Positions 62,795-64,000 of a stretch of DNA of 64,000 bases are shown here, in pieces (within the stretch, counting starts at the first letter, position 1; every line of letters starts with the position of its first letter). Under the pieces are notes generated by a model. It saw nothing but the letters and a program-made list of their open reading frames with translations. It had not been told where the DNA came from and did no database searches. The position numbers and the translations under genes are program-made. The DNA is from Candidatus Saccharimonadales bacterium (lineage in GTDB: Bacteria > Patescibacteriota > Saccharimonadia > Saccharimonadales > EFPC-124), in contig DASTDY010000077.1 in assembly GCA_035710125.1 (NCBI GenBank), forward strand, positions 5,401 through 69,400, read 5' to 3'.

Positions 62795-64000
62795 ATGGTT
62801 GAGCAAGGTGCAAGGGGTCCTGAGCAAAACGAAGTAGTCGAAGTTAAAAAAGGAATGTTGCCTGGCGAGAGGGTACAGGGCCTTATCCAAAATCCAGAAA
62901 ACCCTTTAGTCGCGGCCAGCAAAGTTAAAGAGTTGACCGGAATAGACTCACCAGCCACTATGGCAATAGAAATCGGTGACGGCCAAGAGCGGAGGCGCCT
63001 TTTGGTAGTGCCAGTAGAACATGGCGTTAAATCAGACCAAGGTGTCCAATTTAATGCCGACGTTTTATTAGTAGACCCCAACCTTGTAGAGTTTGACGAA
63101 CGAGGCCCAATTGGCGGTTTCGGGCTTAAAGGGCTAAACCGTGAAGAACGCGTGGCATTTAGTGGCGATAGCCGTAGGGTAGACCAAAAGCTCGATCTAG
63201 TCCCTGGCAGAGATCCGTCGTTTATGGTCAGTGTCAGTCGCACTGGTAGCCTAGACATAATGGTCCACCCCAATAGCCCAGCCGAAATTAAGCTGATTTT
63301 CCCTGACGTAACCAAAAAAGAGGCGCCTGCCGGACAGCCTGCGCCAGAAGTACCAACTCCTCAAGAAACGTCTCTGCCAATCGCGCCGCCAGAATCGATC
63401 ACGCAGCGGCTTGCCCCCACTGTAGAGACTGAACATGCAGAACAAGAACTCACAGCCGACGAAATATTTGCCAGCCCCGAAGCCTTTATGGATACACTTA
63501 ATAAAAAAGACTTAGGCCAGGCCACGCGCATAGAATTACTCCACATCATGAGCGCCAGCGAAAAGCGGCTGTCTGTGCAGCAAGTTACGGCTTTATGGGA
63601 GTCTGGCCTTGGTGAATCACTCAAGGAGCTATCGCCATCAGCCCAGGCTGCCTTTGCCGAGTCATACCAGCTTGAGGGCATGTTTAGTGAGTTTGAGACT
63701 ATGTCGAGAAGTTCATTAAGTTATCCAGAAGAAATGCCACAAAACCTAGGCAGGATAGAACAAATGGCACAGCAAGTGGCCCAGGCGCTCGACCAAGCCG
63801 AACAGAGCGACACTTTTTTAGAAAAGACGGCCGATTTTATGCAGCACGACGACCGCCTTGCCAAGGTGCAAGCCGCACTCGAGACACCGCTTATTGTTGA
63901 TGATCCAACTAAAGTAGACGCGTTAGTCGCTGCTCATGTACGAGGTGAGGATTTAGGTACCATGCGGCAGCGGTTAGATAGCCAACTCCAAGAGGAGCCA
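62795..64000 (+). CDS. hypothetical protein, 3' end beyond window (not in ORF track)
   Basis: Hand translation from the ATG at 62795 is open for 402 codons to the window end (MVEQGARGPEQNEVVEVKKGMLPGE...). Antisense track ORFs 62770..63315 and 63361..63681 look spurious. Possible FHA-like segment GRDPSFMVSVSRTGSLDIMV. Confidence 0.6.
   Translation, partial: MVEQGARGPEQNEVVEVKKGMLPGERVQGLIQNPENPLVAASKVKELTGIDSPATMAIEIGDGQERRRLLVVPVEHGVKSDQGVQFNADVLLVDPNLVEFDERGPIGGFGLKGLNREERVAFSGDSRRVDQKLDLVPGRDPSFMVSVSRTGSLDIMVHPNSPAEIKLIFPDVTKKEAPAGQPAPEVPTPQETSLPIAPPESITQRLAPTVETEHAEQELTADEIFASPEAFMDTLNKKDLGQATRIELLHIMSASEKRLSVQQVTALWESGLGESLKELSPSAQAAFAESYQLEGMFSEFETMSRSSLSYPEEMPQNLGRIEQMAQQVAQALDQAEQSDTFLEKTADFMQHDDRLAKVQAALETPLIVDDPTKVDALVAAHVRGEDLGTMRQRLDSQLQEEP

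Noticed and set aside
62770-63681. Minus-strand track ORFs 62770..63315 and 63361..63681
   Set aside because: A plus-strand frame from 62795 is open for 402 codons to the window end and has normal composition. It is missing from the track only because it has no stop in the window.

Overview
The window looks like a small-genome bacterium, with compact housekeeping operons, a short EF-Ts and no pyrH or cdsA in the rpsB-tsf-frr-uppS-rseP-proS cluster. Assigning it to Patescibacteria/Saccharibacteria is only a guess. The moderate-GC backbone carries translation and envelope genes: an LCP protein, htrA, two NUDIX genes, prmC-prfA-rpmE, rpsB-tsf, frr-uppS-rseP-CPBP-proS-greA, a lysS fusion, an FKBP isomerase, rnhA, gdh, msrA, serS, hpf, secA, an M16 peptidase, murD and prfB. 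I saw no rRNA, tRNA or CRISPR array.

The main feature is a mosaic. About 28 visibly GC-rich genes of mostly unknown function sit between the housekeeping units. Most are stand-alone units: an AT-rich sigma70-like promoter, an SD, a GC-rich ORF that often starts with GTG or TTG, and a GC-rich hairpin.

- **Tandem array:** six paralogs at 18.0-23.1 kb are built from about 12 copies of a roughly 100-aa module that I do not recognise.
- **Duplicated module:** a two-gene module occurs twice (50.7-52.5 kb and 55.1-56.7 kb), flanking a low-GC island with an IS1595-family transposase and a DUF3800 operon.
- **Non-coding regions:** three long non-coding regions look like structured RNAs. One at 26.28-26.85 kb may be a divergent RNase P RNA. 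One at 35.85-36.23 kb on the minus strand is of unknown class. One at 62.15-62.75 kb is a GC-rich element with no credible ORF.
- **Other oddities:** a LysRS fused to an AlaX-type editing domain, a murD neighbour with a PP-loop motif (MurL-like?), a HEPN-like gene, and a divergent sigma-like protein.

All GC statements are by-eye estimates. No searches or computations were run.
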